A DNA stretch of 62,962 bases, counting the filler, from Reticulomyxa filosa (taxonomy: Eukaryota; Protista; Foraminifera): the NCBI GenBank assembly GCA_000512085.1. It is 16 parts of 16 records of this genome, joined end to end, with 100 filler letters (N's around TTAATTAATTAA, not from the genome) between each part and the next. Parts side by side here need not be neighbours in the genome. Positions count along the whole stretch, not along the records: positions 55,965 to 62,962 come from ASPP01049092.1; 15 more parts are not named here. The stretch is one strand, 5' to 3'. Positions within the stretch are counted from its first letter, which is position 1; every line of letters begins with the position of its first letter. The notes beneath the pieces were generated by a model, which was not told the DNA's origin, ran no database searches, and saw only the letters and a program-made list of their open reading frames with translations. Below, one piece after another: positions 62,497-62,962 of this stretch. A program made the translations under genes and the position numbers.

Positions 62497-62962
62497 AAAT
62501 ATTTGTAATTTCTATACCTTTCAATTAAGAAATGAGTGTCGGATATACATTTGCAGCGTCTGTTCTCACCCATCCTCTTAAAGTTTTTAAATTATTTCTT
62601 TGGCCAATTGTACACAAATATTACAGAGGGATCAAGAATTATATTAAAAAAGTCGGTGCATTGGACAATAGAGATAATGGAGAGGAAAGGCTCACGTTAA
62701 AATAACACGTTTTTTTTTGCTATTTTTTATATTTTGTGTAAATTGGAAATTGTTTAAATTGATCTCAAGTGTGAGACGATAAACAACTGAACTTTGATAA
62801 GAATAAACTAATTTTGTTAAATAAATAATTGAAGATTTTAAACATTAATAAAACAAACTAACCAATCAAAAACAATAAATTTTTCTACTATTTTTTCCTT
62901 TTGATGAATCAAAATCTGTTTGGAAAAAAGATTGAAGCAACTAATGTCCATAAATACAATAA

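Overview
This window is not one locus. It is 16 unrelated draft contigs joined by artificial 100-nt linkers (N44-TTAATTAATTAA-N44) at 4456, 8781, 9888, 12662, 18793, 24395, 28384, 31070, 38938, 41321, 44514, 47094, 49424, 51712 and 55865, so adjacency across linkers means nothing. Fifteen contigs come from an AT-rich, intron-rich, pseudogene-rich protist. An extra Ala at a polyubiquitin monomer junction points to Rhizaria/Foraminifera, and the expanded WD40/NACHT/TPR families look Reticulomyxa-like (inference). Recognisable eukaryotic genes: WD40 proteins, a NACHT NTPase, a PAP2 phosphatase with a PSGH>PSGD change, an ELO elongase, an RBBP4/MSI1-like protein, an FAH-family hydrolase, ALAS, a Ser/Thr kinase, a P5A ATPase, a pepsin-like protease, an RNF213-like AAA+ protein, a long coiled-coil (possibly TPR/Mlp1), a Vps62-like/PH/ILEI/helical-rod fusion, an HDHD3-like HAD and a minimal permuted-papain (PPPDE/LRAT-like) protein. 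There are also pseudogenes (ubiquitin, PPIP5K, WD40), a decayed RT-RNase H LINE and a TA-flanked Tc1/mariner-type MITE family. One contig (18893-24394) is bacterial. It carries a 23S-5S rRNA unit with its own promoter and no 16S (the Rickettsiales-type split operon), then feoA behind a Fur-like box and a feoB inactivated by a frameshift and an IS5-family insertion; it is probably an endosymbiont genome in decay. I do not see a clear multi-gene novel system. The best leads are the symbiont contig, the unusual multidomain protein at 56-60.7 kb, the RNF213-like protein, the A-tract/AAG splice acceptors and the MITE family. All family calls rest on remembered motifs, not database searches.
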